Positions 17,281 through 27,861 of a stretch of DNA of 64,000 nucleotides are shown here, one piece after another (position 1 is the first letter of the stretch; the number at the start of each line of letters is the position of its first letter). A program made the position numbers and the translations under genes. The DNA comes from Candidatus Thorarchaeota archaeon (lineage in GTDB: Archaea > Asgardarchaeota > Thorarchaeia > Thorarchaeales > Thorarchaeaceae): positions 19,337 through 83,336 of the forward strand of contig JBHLQH010000015.1 in assembly GCA_048884965.1 (NCBI GenBank). Reading direction: 5' to 3'. The notes under the pieces are model-generated. The model saw nothing but the letters and a program-made list of their open reading frames with translations. It did no database searches and was not told the origin of the DNA.

Positions 17281-18366
17281 GTGGGAATATGCATGACAAT
17301 AACGAAGGCCACTCTGATAACGCATCCAAAGTCGCATCAACATGTAGCTCCATTTCCGAGGCCAAATCTTGAAGCTTTTGAGGCACCGCTCAGACTCCAG
17401 ATGGCTGATAGATATCTATCTATGCATGCTCAAACAAAGAACATGGAGAGAATCAAGGCCCCACGAGCTTCTCAAGAGGACATCATGCGAGTTCACACGC
17501 CCTATCTTTATGAATCGGTCAGACTAATGGCGAATCTGGGAGGGGGAAATCTGGGAGAATCTGCACAAGCAAGTCCAGATCTGTTTAGGAATGCTTTGGT
17601 ATCTGCAGGAGGTGCAATTCATGCTGCAGAATACAGTTTGGAACATCAGGACACACATCCATTCTCACTCATGAGGCCACCGGGACATCACGCCACACGT
17701 TCCAATCCAGGTGGCTTATGCTTCTTCAATAATATCGCCATTGCTACTGCAAAGGTTAAGGAAGAGAGAGCAATTGAGAGAATAAGTATTGTAGACTTTG
17801 ATGATCACTACGGAAATGGGACTGCAGAAATCTTCTATGCGGATCCCTCTGTGCAATACATTAGTATCCATGAATATGACTATGAGAATTATGGGACAGG
17901 GCATTATGAAGAGCTAGGATTTGGGGATGCTCTTGGAACGAATATCAATATTCCACTTCTAGATGGCGCATCAGATACGGTATACAAGGCAGCATTTGAA
18001 AATATCATAATTCCCGCATTGAAGAAGTACAAGCCAGAGATGATTGCGGTATCTGCAGGATTTGATCCCCATTATGCAGACCCCGTAGGAAACATGAATA
18101 TCGATAGCTCCACATTTTGGGATATTGGTAAGAAGATACGTGTGATTGCCAAGGAACTCGATGTAAAAGGATCATTCACCATATTAGAAGGAGGATACAA
18201 TCCACTGGCAACAGGACCATCAATTGTTGCATATCTCCTAGGATTGTTGGGAGAAGAGCAACCTATCCTAGAGGACCAAGTCGCTCGCGAAGCAATCGAA
18301 CCACTAGATAAAGCGAATCTGGACATTATCGATCAGGTTGTTTCTATCATTAGTAGATTCTGGTGA
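17281..18366 (+). CDS. Histone deacetylase superfamily protein
   Basis: RPPGHHA, GLCFFNN, DFDDHYGNGT, SAGFD, LEGGY. Confidence 0.95.
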   Translation: MGICMTITKATLITHPKSHQHVAPFPRPNLEAFEAPLRLQMADRYLSMHAQTKNMERIKAPRASQEDIMRVHTPYLYESVRLMANLGGGNLGESAQASPDLFRNALVSAGGAIHAAEYSLEHQDTHPFSLMRPPGHHATRSNPGGLCFFNNIAIATAKVKEERAIERISIVDFDDHYGNGTAEIFYADPSVQYISIHEYDYENYGTGHYEELGFGDALGTNINIPLLDGASDTVYKAAFENIIIPALKKYKPEMIAVSAGFDPHYADPVGNMNIDSSTFWDIGKKIRVIAKELDVKGSFTILEGGYNPLATGPSIVAYLLGLLGEEQPILEDQVAREAIEPLDKANLDIIDQVVSIISRFW

Positions 18367-18444
18367 TTTTTTCCAGTGATATGAACAAGATTTTAAGTGC
18401 ACCTTTGAAGGCTACCTTGAATCACAACCTGTGGAAGTGTATAG

Positions 18445-18732
18445 TTGGCTAAAAAACGAAAGTCTGGAGGCCGTTCAAAGGGTGCCTCTGGAAAATCAAA
18501 GAACGTTCAATGTTCAAAGTGTGGAAGAATTGTTCCATCAGACAAGGCAAAACGAAGAACCAAGAGGGTCGCACAAGTAGATCCTCAGCTTGCGCGTGAG
18601 CTAAGACAGCAAGGTAGCTTTGTTCCTTCAAAGATAGTAACTCAAACATTCTGTGTTAGCTGTGCGGTTCACACTGGCAAGGTGCATATTCGTCAGGCAA
18701 CTGAACGAAAGTCACACCTTGGCAATCGCTAA
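18445..18732 (+). CDS. rps26e: 30S ribosomal protein S26e
   Basis: KKRKSGGRSKG, QCSKCGRIVPSDKA, FCVSCAVH. Confidence 0.95.
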   Translation: MAKKRKSGGRSKGASGKSKNVQCSKCGRIVPSDKAKRRTKRVAQVDPQLARELRQQGSFVPSKIVTQTFCVSCAVHTGKVHIRQATERKSHLGNR

Positions 18733-18811
18733 TTGAAACATACAATGAACGGATCTCAGAGATTCTCAAGCATTTCTGGTCTATGAACCATCGCATTAGC
18801 TGGTACTCCAA

Positions 18812-19399
18812 ATGGCCAACTCGACAGGTCTTAGATTCATAATGGTGCTCCCAGAGATCCAATCAGATGGTAATTTCCTGCTAAAGGATCTGCCAGGTTC
18901 TGGTAAGCGAATAGACATTCTCTGCAGATCACTTGCTGCTTGTTTTGATTGGGCGGCACCTGTTGGAAGTACAAGATGTTTAGAACTAGTAGCAATCCTC
19001 TCTGATAATGTCATCTTGCATTTTACTGCACCAGATAGATGTGAGGAGAAAGGCGAAACTTGGTGGGCGAGTGCCATCCAATTGGCTCTGAGGGAGAAAG
19101 AGCCTCCAGATTTTATTACCATAACAAGGATTAGTCTCGAAGAGTATCTTTTGAAGATTCTAGATGACGATAATCGTGTCATTGTACTTGAAGAGGATGG
19201 AGAACATCTGGATACGCACTTACTAGAGCGCGCATCACAATACAGTTTTATGCTTGGAAATCATGAGGGCTTCGACGAGAATACAACAGAGGTAATAAGA
19301 AAACTTCGATTGCCATCTGTTTCGCTGGGGGCTTATAGCTACCTAGGAAGTCATTGCATTGCAATAGTAGTATCCGCGTTTGAGAGGCTTGAAAGATGA
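18812..19399 (+). CDS. trmY: tRNA (pseudouridine54-N1)-methyltransferase, SPOUT family
   Basis: LKDLPGSGKRIDILCR, LEEDG, FMLGNHEG, VSLG..SYLGSHCI. Confidence 0.85.
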   Translation: MANSTGLRFIMVLPEIQSDGNFLLKDLPGSGKRIDILCRSLAACFDWAAPVGSTRCLELVAILSDNVILHFTAPDRCEEKGETWWASAIQLALREKEPPDFITITRISLEEYLLKILDDDNRVIVLEEDGEHLDTHLLERASQYSFMLGNHEGFDENTTEVIRKLRLPSVSLGAYSYLGSHCIAIVVSAFERLER

Positions 19400-19746
19400 G
19401 TGAAGAAAAAAAGAGCGAGATTCGTCCAAGGGCAATGAATCGATTAGTCAATAAACTGACGAAGGAAATGCTCTGGATATACATTCTACGGCTCTTACAG
19501 GAACGGCCTCATTATGGATATGAAATCAAACAACTTGTTACTGATAGATTCGGATTCTCTCCAGCCACAGTCAGTGGTTATGCTATCATCTATCGCCTCA
19601 TAAAGGACGGTCTCATCAATGAACAAAGGAAAAATGATTCTCCCCGGAAATACTATGAGATCACTCCCAAAGGCAGAATAGCGATGAAGGAGGCAAAGGA
19701 TTTCCTCTCAGCCACAATGGATTTGGTATTCGATATAACCGAGTAG
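19396..19746 (+). CDS. PadR family transcriptional regulator
   Basis: YILRLL..RPHYGYEI, RKYYEITPKG. Confidence 0.9.
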   Translation: MSEEKKSEIRPRAMNRLVNKLTKEMLWIYILRLLQERPHYGYEIKQLVTDRFGFSPATVSGYAIIYRLIKDGLINEQRKNDSPRKYYEITPKGRIAMKEAKDFLSATMDLVFDITE

Positions 19747-20676
19747 TTACTTCACAACAATTCGGTCGGATATTTTCTGCTGGCGTCGATTAAGCTCTTC
19801 AGGAGATAGTACGAATTCAGCACAACTCGTTTCCATAACAATACTTGCAGCACTAGAAGCTAGAGCGGACCGTTCAGTCATGGATTTCTTTTGCAACATC
19901 CCTACCACGAAAGCGCCTAAGAAGGCATCAGAAGCTCCAAGAACGTTTCTACGGGTAGAGCGATCAAGAGGTACAATATAGAACTCCTCTCCATCATATA
20001 TTACAGCACCCATGGACGAAACCATAGCAATTCCAATCTCGGCTCCACTCTCCACGATGTATTCTGCTGCGAGTAGTGGATCGGTTTCGCCCGTTATCAT
20101 CCGCCAGAGAGGTCGTTCCATCCTAATGATATTGGAATACCCCATAGCTTCGGTGATTTGACTTGCATTTGGAGTAATATGAACAACTCCAGATTCGTCT
20201 GCTCTAACACCCATTCCTTGGACATCTAGTATGATCGTAGCATCAGATGTATCAGAAATCCATTCGACCAATTCAGAATCTATCTCTCGATATCCTGGTG
20301 CTATCACAATGTATTCCGAGTTCAGGAACTCCTCAGGGATGTCACGGATTTTGAGAGCTCTTGCTGCTCCGATTAGCTCTATGGTTGGTGCTCCGCCATC
20401 ATCACAGCTGATATGGAATCCACCAGTGCTTGGAGAGTCGATTGCATAGTATTCAGGTATGCCCAAGATGTCAATATCATTGGCAAATCTATCCCTGAAA
20501 TCGACTCCAATTGCACCTATTGTCACTATTTCATGGACATTTAGTTTAGCGATAACTTGAGAGATATTGATTGCGGGACCAGAAAGGATTCGTTCTTCAG
20601 TTTGAAATTCGACAGTTGAAACGGAATTGTAGAGTGGATTTCCAATAACAGCAATTTCATACATCAGTGTCTTCAT
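19747..20676 (-). CDS. PfkB/ribokinase-family kinase
   Basis: GAIGVDF, LDVQG, NVLGASDAFLGAF (variant of GAGD). ATG at 20676 abuts the upstream stop. Confidence 0.85.
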   Translation of the reverse strand: MKTLMYEIAVIGNPLYNSVSTVEFQTEERILSGPAINISQVIAKLNVHEIVTIGAIGVDFRDRFANDIDILGIPEYYAIDSPSTGGFHISCDDGGAPTIELIGAARALKIRDIPEEFLNSEYIVIAPGYREIDSELVEWISDTSDATIILDVQGMGVRADESGVVHITPNASQITEAMGYSNIIRMERPLWRMITGETDPLLAAEYIVESGAEIGIAMVSSMGAVIYDGEEFYIVPLDRSTRRNVLGASDAFLGAFVVGMLQKKSMTERSALASSAASIVMETSCAEFVLSPEELNRRQQKISDRIVVK

Positions 20677-20677
20677 C

Positions 20678-21397
20678 CTAGCCCTCACGGGGAATCATTT
20701 TGTTTGCATATGCGAGTCTTTGTACGACAGTAATATGTGAAAGAATTCCTGCGATAACAACACATAGGGTTAGCACATTGGTGATTTGGATTAGTACGAA
20801 GAAGTCTAAGACAGCAGGAGGGAGTAGTAATAGGAAATCAACCCATAGATTGGAACTTGGAAGAGCCAAAAGTAAAATGCCAACAATTGTTAGGATTAGT
20901 TTCTCTTGACGCTCAGCAATACCTACAGAGCAATTCTCCATCCCACCAACAGATTCAGCTTTAGCGCGACTGAAACTTGCCATAATCATTCCGAACAGGG
21001 TGAAGAATCCCCAGAACCAAGGTATGAATGTATCTCCAGGCATGTAGGGCCACCAAGGAATTGAAACTAGTCCAATGGGACCCCACATAATTCCGAGCAT
21101 GAAGAAGTACTCAGCATATCGATCAAGAGTGTGGTCAAAGGTGGCACCGAACTTCGAAGATAGATTTGCAGCTCTCGCAACTGCGCCATCGAACATATCC
21201 ATTACTACAGTCAATATCATAATCGCGAGTCCAAGCAAGAGATCACCGATTACAAAGAAGTAACAGCTAATAACTGCAACAAGTAGAGTGAGTCCAGTGA
21301 TCATGTTAGGAGTTATACCAGTCCTAGCAATGATTCGGCCCACTGGCATCATTACCTTTTGATATCGTTCTCGTAGCTTGCCAAGCATGATAGTCAC
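20678..21397 (-). CDS. CDP-alcohol phosphatidyltransferase (archaetidylinositol-phosphate synthase-like)
   Basis: TPNMIT, DMFDGAVAR..SKFGATFDHTLDRY, SFSRAKAES, GIAERQE. Confidence 0.9.
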   Translation of the reverse strand: MTIMLGKLRERYQKVMMPVGRIIARTGITPNMITGLTLLVAVISCYFFVIGDLLLGLAIMILTVVMDMFDGAVARAANLSSKFGATFDHTLDRYAEYFFMLGIMWGPIGLVSIPWWPYMPGDTFIPWFWGFFTLFGMIMASFSRAKAESVGGMENCSVGIAERQEKLILTIVGILLLALPSSNLWVDFLLLLPPAVLDFFVLIQITNVLTLCVVIAGILSHITVVQRLAYANKMIPREG

Positions 21398-21469
21398 TTA
21401 CCCAGTTACAGCGCGAGCCCTTTGTTGTGCTAATAAAGGTGTTGAGAGAACCATTCTAGGGGAAGGGGT

Positions 21470-23137
21470 TTATAGTACACTCTCCAGTCTACTTGCAACC
21501 CACTCTCGACCCAATAGATTGATGAACGGACCTAGCCTTGGACCGAATTTCTGAGATATCAAGATTCGGTAAAGAATCAGGAATGCCCTCTTCTCTTTGA
21601 TGCCAACATCTCGTGCTTTCTCAAAGGCAGCAGCTTGGATATCATCGTCATCCATCTCACCTGAGCGAAGTACGTCTGCAAAGGCAACAATGAAGTTCCT
21701 ATCAGCTTCGGCAAACGTTGACCTAATCTCCTGTGGTACTACATCAGGAATTCTCACCTTGTCACGTTCTGAGCCAAACATCTCGACCCAGCCGCGAGCT
21801 TGATGAAGACGTTTCTCCATCAATTGCAAAGCTAAGTCAGACACATGATCCAGATTGTGCAGCTTCATCAAGACGTTCTTCGAACGTTCAATCATAGCCT
21901 CTTTGCCAATTGTGCCTTCAAGCTGAGCTGTAAGTGCTGCGAATTTGAATGGTAATTTTGGAACATATCCTTCATCTAACGATCGAGCGGTACTCAGTGG
22001 ATAGAGTATCTTGGATAGTTCCTTTTGATCGTCAGCAACTTCTTCGAATCCAAAGAAAATTCGTTCGAATCTGTCAAATTCATCGACCATATCAGGTATC
22101 CGATCAGGTTGAATATTGATTGCTCTTGCAAGGTCCGTTTTTAACATTAGAAATCTGTAAAGCTCAGGAGGGGCAATATCGAGCCAAGTTTTTGGAATGA
22201 ATACAATCCCTTCGGAAGTACTCATATCACGACCTCCGATTCGAACCCATTCATAGGGGACCTTTACAGGTCCACACCAACCAAAAACCTTGCGTGATAT
22301 CTCCAATCCAGTGTCATACGAACCTCCTTTGACAGAGTGATCCTTTCCAGCAGGTTCGCATGAAACTTTGTAGATATACCATTTAGCCGGCCAATCGATT
22401 CTCCATGATAGTTTCATACGAACTTCAGCGATAGGTAGGGTGTCAGACAAACCGCAAGCAGGACACTCGAAAGAGACAGTATCACGTTCTTGATCATAGA
22501 TAGTTACCCTATTAGGTACAATCTCGCCCTTCACACCAGCCTGCAATCTACCACATTTTGGACATACAACAGAAACAGGGGACCATGTCTTCATTGATTC
22601 TAGGTAAGTTTCGCGTTGCTCATCATTGAAATCCTTGGCAACGTACTCGATCATGATTTCTTTGATAGTGTCGGTCTTCTGCAAGCAAGTGCGGATGACA
22701 TCTCGCATCTCTTCTGTTTCATATATGTCGCTATTGTAGACTACTTCAGGATCCACGCCAAAATCACTGAATGTGTTTGCTAGCTCATTTGCCCAATGAG
22801 CACCAAAGCTTTTGCAGCATCCAAATGGATCAGGAACATCAGAGTAAGGAATGCCAGCCCATTCTTCCAAATCAAGCGAAACAGAGCTTGGGAAGGACCT
22901 AACTGGATCAAAGTCATCTATGATCAGCATCGTACGTGCTTTCTCACCGCGCTTCAGAAGCTCCCGTTTAATCACATCGCAGATGATGAGTTCACGTAGA
23001 ATGCCAACATGGATGCTTGCACTTGGACTCTTACCTGCATTCAAGAGGTATTGGTCCTCATTACGTTGCAACACTTCTTCAACTACATCTTCTATCCAAT
23101 GGATAGAGAATTCATCATTCGGAGCTTCCTCTGTCAT
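21470..23137 (-). CDS. lysS: Class I lysyl-tRNA synthetase
   Basis: SPSASIHVG, WRIDWPAKW, EPAGKDH, MSTSEG, GPRLG. Confidence 0.95.
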   Translation of the reverse strand: MTEEAPNDEFSIHWIEDVVEEVLQRNEDQYLLNAGKSPSASIHVGILRELIICDVIKRELLKRGEKARTMLIIDDFDPVRSFPSSVSLDLEEWAGIPYSDVPDPFGCCKSFGAHWANELANTFSDFGVDPEVVYNSDIYETEEMRDVIRTCLQKTDTIKEIMIEYVAKDFNDEQRETYLESMKTWSPVSVVCPKCGRLQAGVKGEIVPNRVTIYDQERDTVSFECPACGLSDTLPIAEVRMKLSWRIDWPAKWYIYKVSCEPAGKDHSVKGGSYDTGLEISRKVFGWCGPVKVPYEWVRIGGRDMSTSEGIVFIPKTWLDIAPPELYRFLMLKTDLARAINIQPDRIPDMVDEFDRFERIFFGFEEVADDQKELSKILYPLSTARSLDEGYVPKLPFKFAALTAQLEGTIGKEAMIERSKNVLMKLHNLDHVSDLALQLMEKRLHQARGWVEMFGSERDKVRIPDVVPQEIRSTFAEADRNFIVAFADVLRSGEMDDDDIQAAAFEKARDVGIKEKRAFLILYRILISQKFGPRLGPFINLLGREWVASRLESVL

Positions 23138-23187
23138 GGGTCTTTCCTCATGGAATCCATCTACTATGTTCTAAAGAATATTTCCAA

Positions 23188-25056
23188 CTAGACCGCGAAC
23201 TCTGACACGCGAAGATCAGTCCTACTCTGGAATAGCAAGTAGACAGGAACTGCAGCAAGTCCTATCACCAATAGGAGGGATGCTAGTATGATAATTGCTG
23301 TCAATGGCAAGTATACTAGAGAGGGAATAGCTGCTTCGGGGACCAGGAAGGAGATACTGAAGACCATCGCAATTGCAATGGCAGGTATTCCTGCTTTCAA
23401 TCCAATATCGATTCCTTCTGCCATCATTGTCTTGGCGATGAAGATTGGCTTCGCTCCTACGGATCTCATTATAATGAAATCTCGGAATCTACCAAAGATG
23501 GATATGAGTAGATAATACATCAAACTGAGAAAGGCACTAAGCAATGCCATGAGTGGCAATGGCTGCATGAGTCCCCAGAATGATCCAATTATGCTGAGAT
23601 TTGTTTCCAGAACCTCTTGTTGAAGGTATATACCTAGACCATGAGCATTCGCTGCTTCTTCTAGATTTGAGATTACAGAGTTGGAATACCTGGAAAGTTG
23701 GACTAGAAGTATATTGCCGCCTGAAACTCCCCAAATGCCAATCATCTCGCTCAAGGGGAGTAATGCCATCATGCCACCATTGGCGACATCAAACGCTATC
23801 GCCTTTATATCAAATGATACGCCTTTTACACCAAGCGACTGGACCAATGGATCGTCATACATGGTTGTTGCTACTTGACCTCCAAGCCATGCATCTCTAT
23901 CCTCTGCAACGACTTCACCTTCAAAGTACCAGTCTGAGAAGGTATTATCCCAGTCAAGCCCCACAACAAGAATTGAGCCAGCACGTTGACCACCGATCTG
24001 CTCATATTGCTCCAGGGTTGGATTCCAAATGACTGCTGATCCTTCCGAGAAGGTAGTATAATCCACTAGACGTGTTTCAACAAGCCCAACACCGGAGATC
24101 TCTTGGACTTCATCGATCAAATCCTCAGGGATGATGTCACTAGCTTCAAGGTAGCTGAATGATTCATTCAAAGGAGATCCATCCAAAGAATAGGCTGAAT
24201 AGTACTGCTCAAGTAAGTCAGGATTACCAATAGCTACCACATTCTGGCCCATTGATCGTATTACATACGCATCCATAGTTGTTTCAACAATTCCACCACC
24301 AATCCAAAGAACAGAGGCCAGTGAGAAACTTAGAAAGAGAGTAAGGATTGTTCTTCGAGTTCCTTTGATTCTACGTCCAGTCCCCTTTGTAGCAAGCCTA
24401 AAGGGAAGACCGAATGTGTCAAGATACCCTACTCGCCGCACTTTTGTGCCAATTTCTGGATTCAATGCAACTATTGGAGATTGATGAACAGCATCGAAAA
24501 TGGGCTGTTGCGCAGAGAAATATCCTGCAAAGAGAAGAATTGCTGCTAGAAATCCAATTTGAAGCCACGGAAAGATGAATGTGAATTCGACTCCAGCTAC
24601 TGCAAAAGAAAGCCAGACAAGACCAAGGAAGTACAGGATAGTTCCAGCTGCAATCCCTAACACTATTCCTACAAGGAGAAGTATCACTGCTTGAGCCATG
24701 AAATGATCGAAGATAGTATCCATTAGAGTGCCAATTGACTTCATTAGACCTATATCCTTCCGTCTGCTCTCAAGTTCTAATGAAATATTACTAGAAATAA
24801 CAGCAATTCCTAAGATAAGCACAAGCAAGAGCGTTCCCCAGATGAATGTATCAAAGAATACGGAGAGAACAGATCCCAATGCATTAGATGTAAAAGCGGC
24901 TGTAACGTCCAACATCACATTCGCAAAGAGAAAGAGAAACGTAGTTGCCGCAACAGCGGTTATCAATGAAATTAGAACCAGAGTGGTTCTAAAAGGACGA
25001 CGTTTCAAATCCTGCGAAGCGTAATCTTGCTCAGACATCCTCAAATAGCACCCCAT
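23188..25056 (-). CDS. ABC permease with two FtsX-like domains
   Basis: RRKDIGLMKSIG and RFRDFIIMRSVGA motifs; large extracellular loop. Confidence 0.9.
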   Translation of the reverse strand: MGCYLRMSEQDYASQDLKRRPFRTTLVLISLITAVAATTFLFLFANVMLDVTAAFTSNALGSVLSVFFDTFIWGTLLLVLILGIAVISSNISLELESRRKDIGLMKSIGTLMDTIFDHFMAQAVILLLVGIVLGIAAGTILYFLGLVWLSFAVAGVEFTFIFPWLQIGFLAAILLFAGYFSAQQPIFDAVHQSPIVALNPEIGTKVRRVGYLDTFGLPFRLATKGTGRRIKGTRRTILTLFLSFSLASVLWIGGGIVETTMDAYVIRSMGQNVVAIGNPDLLEQYYSAYSLDGSPLNESFSYLEASDIIPEDLIDEVQEISGVGLVETRLVDYTTFSEGSAVIWNPTLEQYEQIGGQRAGSILVVGLDWDNTFSDWYFEGEVVAEDRDAWLGGQVATTMYDDPLVQSLGVKGVSFDIKAIAFDVANGGMMALLPLSEMIGIWGVSGGNILLVQLSRYSNSVISNLEEAANAHGLGIYLQQEVLETNLSIIGSFWGLMQPLPLMALLSAFLSLMYYLLISIFGRFRDFIIMRSVGAKPIFIAKTMMAEGIDIGLKAGIPAIAIAMVFSISFLVPEAAIPSLVYLPLTAIIILASLLLVIGLAAVPVYLLFQSRTDLRVSEFAV

Positions 25057-25801
25057 TACTCATCTTTAGATGACGTACTCCAGGTAGGGCCATGATACGT
25101 TCATCGTGTGTCATAACAACAATTGTCTTTTCAGCACGATGAAGCTCCACCAACATGTCGCGAATCATTTCTCCTGATTCCAAGTCCAAATTCGCTGTAG
25201 GTTCGTCAGCCAGTATTATTGGCGGGTCATTCGCTGTGGCTCTTGCGATTGCCACACGCTGTTGTTCACCTGAACTAAGTTGCCAAGGAAGGTGATCCAG
25301 GCGGTCTTTCAGTTTGACTTTCTCAAGCAGGTTGGTTGCATTTTCCTCTAATTCGGAGCGGGTTCTCTCAGTGAGTTGCATGGGAAACATTACATTCTCT
25401 AATGCTGTGAGAGTAGAAATCAAGTTATAGCTCTGGAAGATGAAACCAGTGTTGCCTAACCGAAAAGTTGCACGGAATGATTCGTCATAGTCTCCGATTG
25501 GTACATCCATAACCAATACACGACCACTTGACGCATAGTCAATACCACCTATTAGATTCAGAAGTGTTGTCTTACCAGAACCTGAAGGACCACTCACCAC
25601 GATGAACTCACCGGGTTTCACTTCGAGATTCACAGCCTCCAAAGCAGTTATCGTACGGGGTCCCAAATTGTATTCTCTAGTCACATCGATGAGCTTGATC
25701 GCGAAGTTCACATCATGCGAGAGATCTAGATCCATCTCATCATCGAAATCATACATACCCTCATTGGGGCGATGTATTGAATCATCATTCATTTTCTTCA
25801 C
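25031..25801 (-). CDS. ABC ATPase, LolD/MacB family
   Basis: GPSGSGKTT, LSSGEQQRVAIARA, DEPTANLD. Confidence 0.95.
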   Translation of the reverse strand: MKKMNDDSIHRPNEGMYDFDDEMDLDLSHDVNFAIKLIDVTREYNLGPRTITALEAVNLEVKPGEFIVVSGPSGSGKTTLLNLIGGIDYASSGRVLVMDVPIGDYDESFRATFRLGNTGFIFQSYNLISTLTALENVMFPMQLTERTRSELEENATNLLEKVKLKDRLDHLPWQLSSGEQQRVAIARATANDPPIILADEPTANLDLESGEMIRDMLVELHRAEKTIVVMTHDERIMALPGVRHLKMSNGVLFEDV

Positions 25802-25911
25802 ACTCTTTCAAATCGCAAGTGCTCTGGTAAGGACAAAGAATCCTACACTTCATGACCTTCTGTTTGTCATTCAAGTGCAAAAGATAAAGCTAGGGGTACG
25901 ACCCCCTAAGC

Positions 25912-26658
25912 CTATACCAGAGCCAAATTCTGTATCGTTGTATGCGCCCATTCAGATAGTATGAGTGGACGCTCACGTCCAAATACTCGTACTGTATTCA
26001 GAATCTCTGCATCAAGCAGTGTTCCTGTGTAGTACGAAATTAGGCTCTTATCCAATGACATGGTTCGGCTGAGCTCAGCCTGTGTCACGCGACCCTTCTC
26101 AAAGACCTCACTAAGGATGGTCCTTATTGTAGGGTTGCGGGAAAGTGCACTCAGTTTCAGAACCTGATCATCTGGAGAGTAATCTGAGGCAAAGAAGTGC
26201 TTAGAATTACCAACCTTGACCGACATTATGTCGTTACACTGTTCCAAGTTTCGCAAGTGGTATTGCAGCGCACCCATGGCACAACCGACATTTCGCTGGA
26301 GCTCTCGGAGATGGATACCTGGATTCTCATATATCTCAAGGACTATCACATCTCGAAGCTTGGGGGCTTTCTCCTCCGTCTTACGATCTATTACAACCGT
26401 CGCTAGTGACAGGGCGAATATCGTAGAGGGTGAGAACGCCTTTGTCAGAATGCCAGGAAAAAGGACTGAAGTTCCACTACTGATAGGAGCTGCCAAGGTC
26501 TGAAGATTCAGTGACAGGATTCCTCCATTCGAAGAAGGAGACATGTCTTGTACAGCAAAATCAATAGTCTGGTTTATTGAGCTGAAATAGAAGAAACTAA
26601 AGACACCTGAAGTCACTAATGAGAAGACTAGTATCAAGCATAGTTTCTTAGTCATCAA
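25912..26658 (-). CDS. Membrane-associated double winged-helix regulator
   Basis: Hydrophobic N-terminus; ENPGIHLRELQR..GALQYHL; second HTH VTQAELSR. Confidence 0.8.
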   Translation of the reverse strand: MMTKKLCLILVFSLVTSGVFSFFYFSSINQTIDFAVQDMSPSSNGGILSLNLQTLAAPISSGTSVLFPGILTKAFSPSTIFALSLATVVIDRKTEEKAPKLRDVIVLEIYENPGIHLRELQRNVGCAMGALQYHLRNLEQCNDIMSVKVGNSKHFFASDYSPDDQVLKLSALSRNPTIRTILSEVFEKGRVTQAELSRTMSLDKSLISYYTGTLLDAEILNTVRVFGRERPLILSEWAHTTIQNLALV

Positions 26659-26737
26659 TTACTTTCAACTCCTGTTCTTGAAGGTATACATTTGCTTATA
26701 GGCACTTTGAATGTAGTAAACTCGTACTAATATCACA

Positions 26738-27286
26738 TTAGCCTTTTGGCGGATAGCTTAGCTTGATATGAAATGAGCAAGCATCAGATCCTGCAGAAAC
26801 ACATGTTTCTTCAATAACAGTAAGGGTCTGAAATTCAATCCTGTTGTAATCTGTAAGATATTCTAGAACTGATTCGATGAATCCCTTAAGGAAGAAGCAA
26901 GAAGGCTCTTTGCTATCATACCCTTCTGCATATGGATTGTCTTTTATCTCAATGATAGCTTCCTCATCAAGCCAGAGTTTGTAGAGTTTGGCAATCTTGA
27001 TATCACCAAATGGTACTATGAGGGTTTCCAAAGCCATCTTGATGAACTCGATGATGCCTTTGAAATCACCAGGAGGTTTTTGTTTACCAATCTTGAAGTA
27101 TTCTCTTTGCGCTTCTAGACCCGCTAGTCTGCCAGCACTATAATACAGATCTCGTACACGGTCTGGAAACATTACTGCTATTCTGCTCCCAATCTTGTTC
27201 CACGTCTTGGAGAAGAATGCACGCATTAGATCTCGTTCCTTTAGCTTACCTTGCCACCATGGAATGACTTCATCCTGCTTAGACAT
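26738..27286 (-). CDS. V4R-domain protein
   Basis: PSCFFLKGFIESVL...EETCVSAGSDACSFHI. Confidence 0.85.
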   Translation of the reverse strand: MSKQDEVIPWWQGKLKERDLMRAFFSKTWNKIGSRIAVMFPDRVRDLYYSAGRLAGLEAQREYFKIGKQKPPGDFKGIIEFIKMALETLIVPFGDIKIAKLYKLWLDEEAIIEIKDNPYAEGYDSKEPSCFFLKGFIESVLEYLTDYNRIEFQTLTVIEETCVSAGSDACSFHIKLSYPPKG

Positions 27287-27362
27287 AATCCTGTCACCTT
27301 GTGATTCTAGCTGACATTGTCAGCGCTGAATAAGTGCTTTGTGTCGATGAATACTTCTTTCT

Positions 27363-27836
27363 CTAAGAAAGTCGCACGTTCCAAACGCACTCATCAGAGC
27401 CAGTGGCGCGACTCATTTCTTGGAAGACCTTCGATTTGACACCTTTGAACTCTAGTATTGCTTCCATAATCCCACTAAATACCTCACAATAACCAAAGCC
27501 TCTCATTCCCTCAAGAGAGATTTCCTGACACCATACACAATCTCTGTCAGACACTCGAATTGAACCTCGAGCCGAATCCATATCGACATCCTGTGGCCTT
27601 CGGTCGTAGAGTATCTTATACACAGTATCAATGAGCTTGGATACATCCTCTCTAGTCGTTATTGTGTCCTTAGTCTTTTCAGCAATCTCTGTATTGAGAT
27701 ATAGCTGAGAGCCAATATCGCGACCGATTTGACGAAGCGCTTCATTTGCTTCTTCAATATTACTGGTTTCACTCAGCACTTTGTCAACAGTATGTGCATA
27801 CATCACGTGGAGTAAGGGATTCTCTAGCTTTGCCAT
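27363..27836 (-). CDS. Bet3/TRAPPC3-like V4R protein
   Basis: MYAHTVDKVL..NIEEANEALRQIGRDIG; CVWC; YCEVFSGIMEAIL. Confidence 0.75.
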   Translation of the reverse strand: MAKLENPLLHVMYAHTVDKVLSETSNIEEANEALRQIGRDIGSQLYLNTEIAEKTKDTITTREDVSKLIDTVYKILYDRRPQDVDMDSARGSIRVSDRDCVWCQEISLEGMRGFGYCEVFSGIMEAILEFKGVKSKVFQEMSRATGSDECVWNVRLS

Positions 27837-27861
27837 AATCTACGACCTCTTGATTTTCGCC

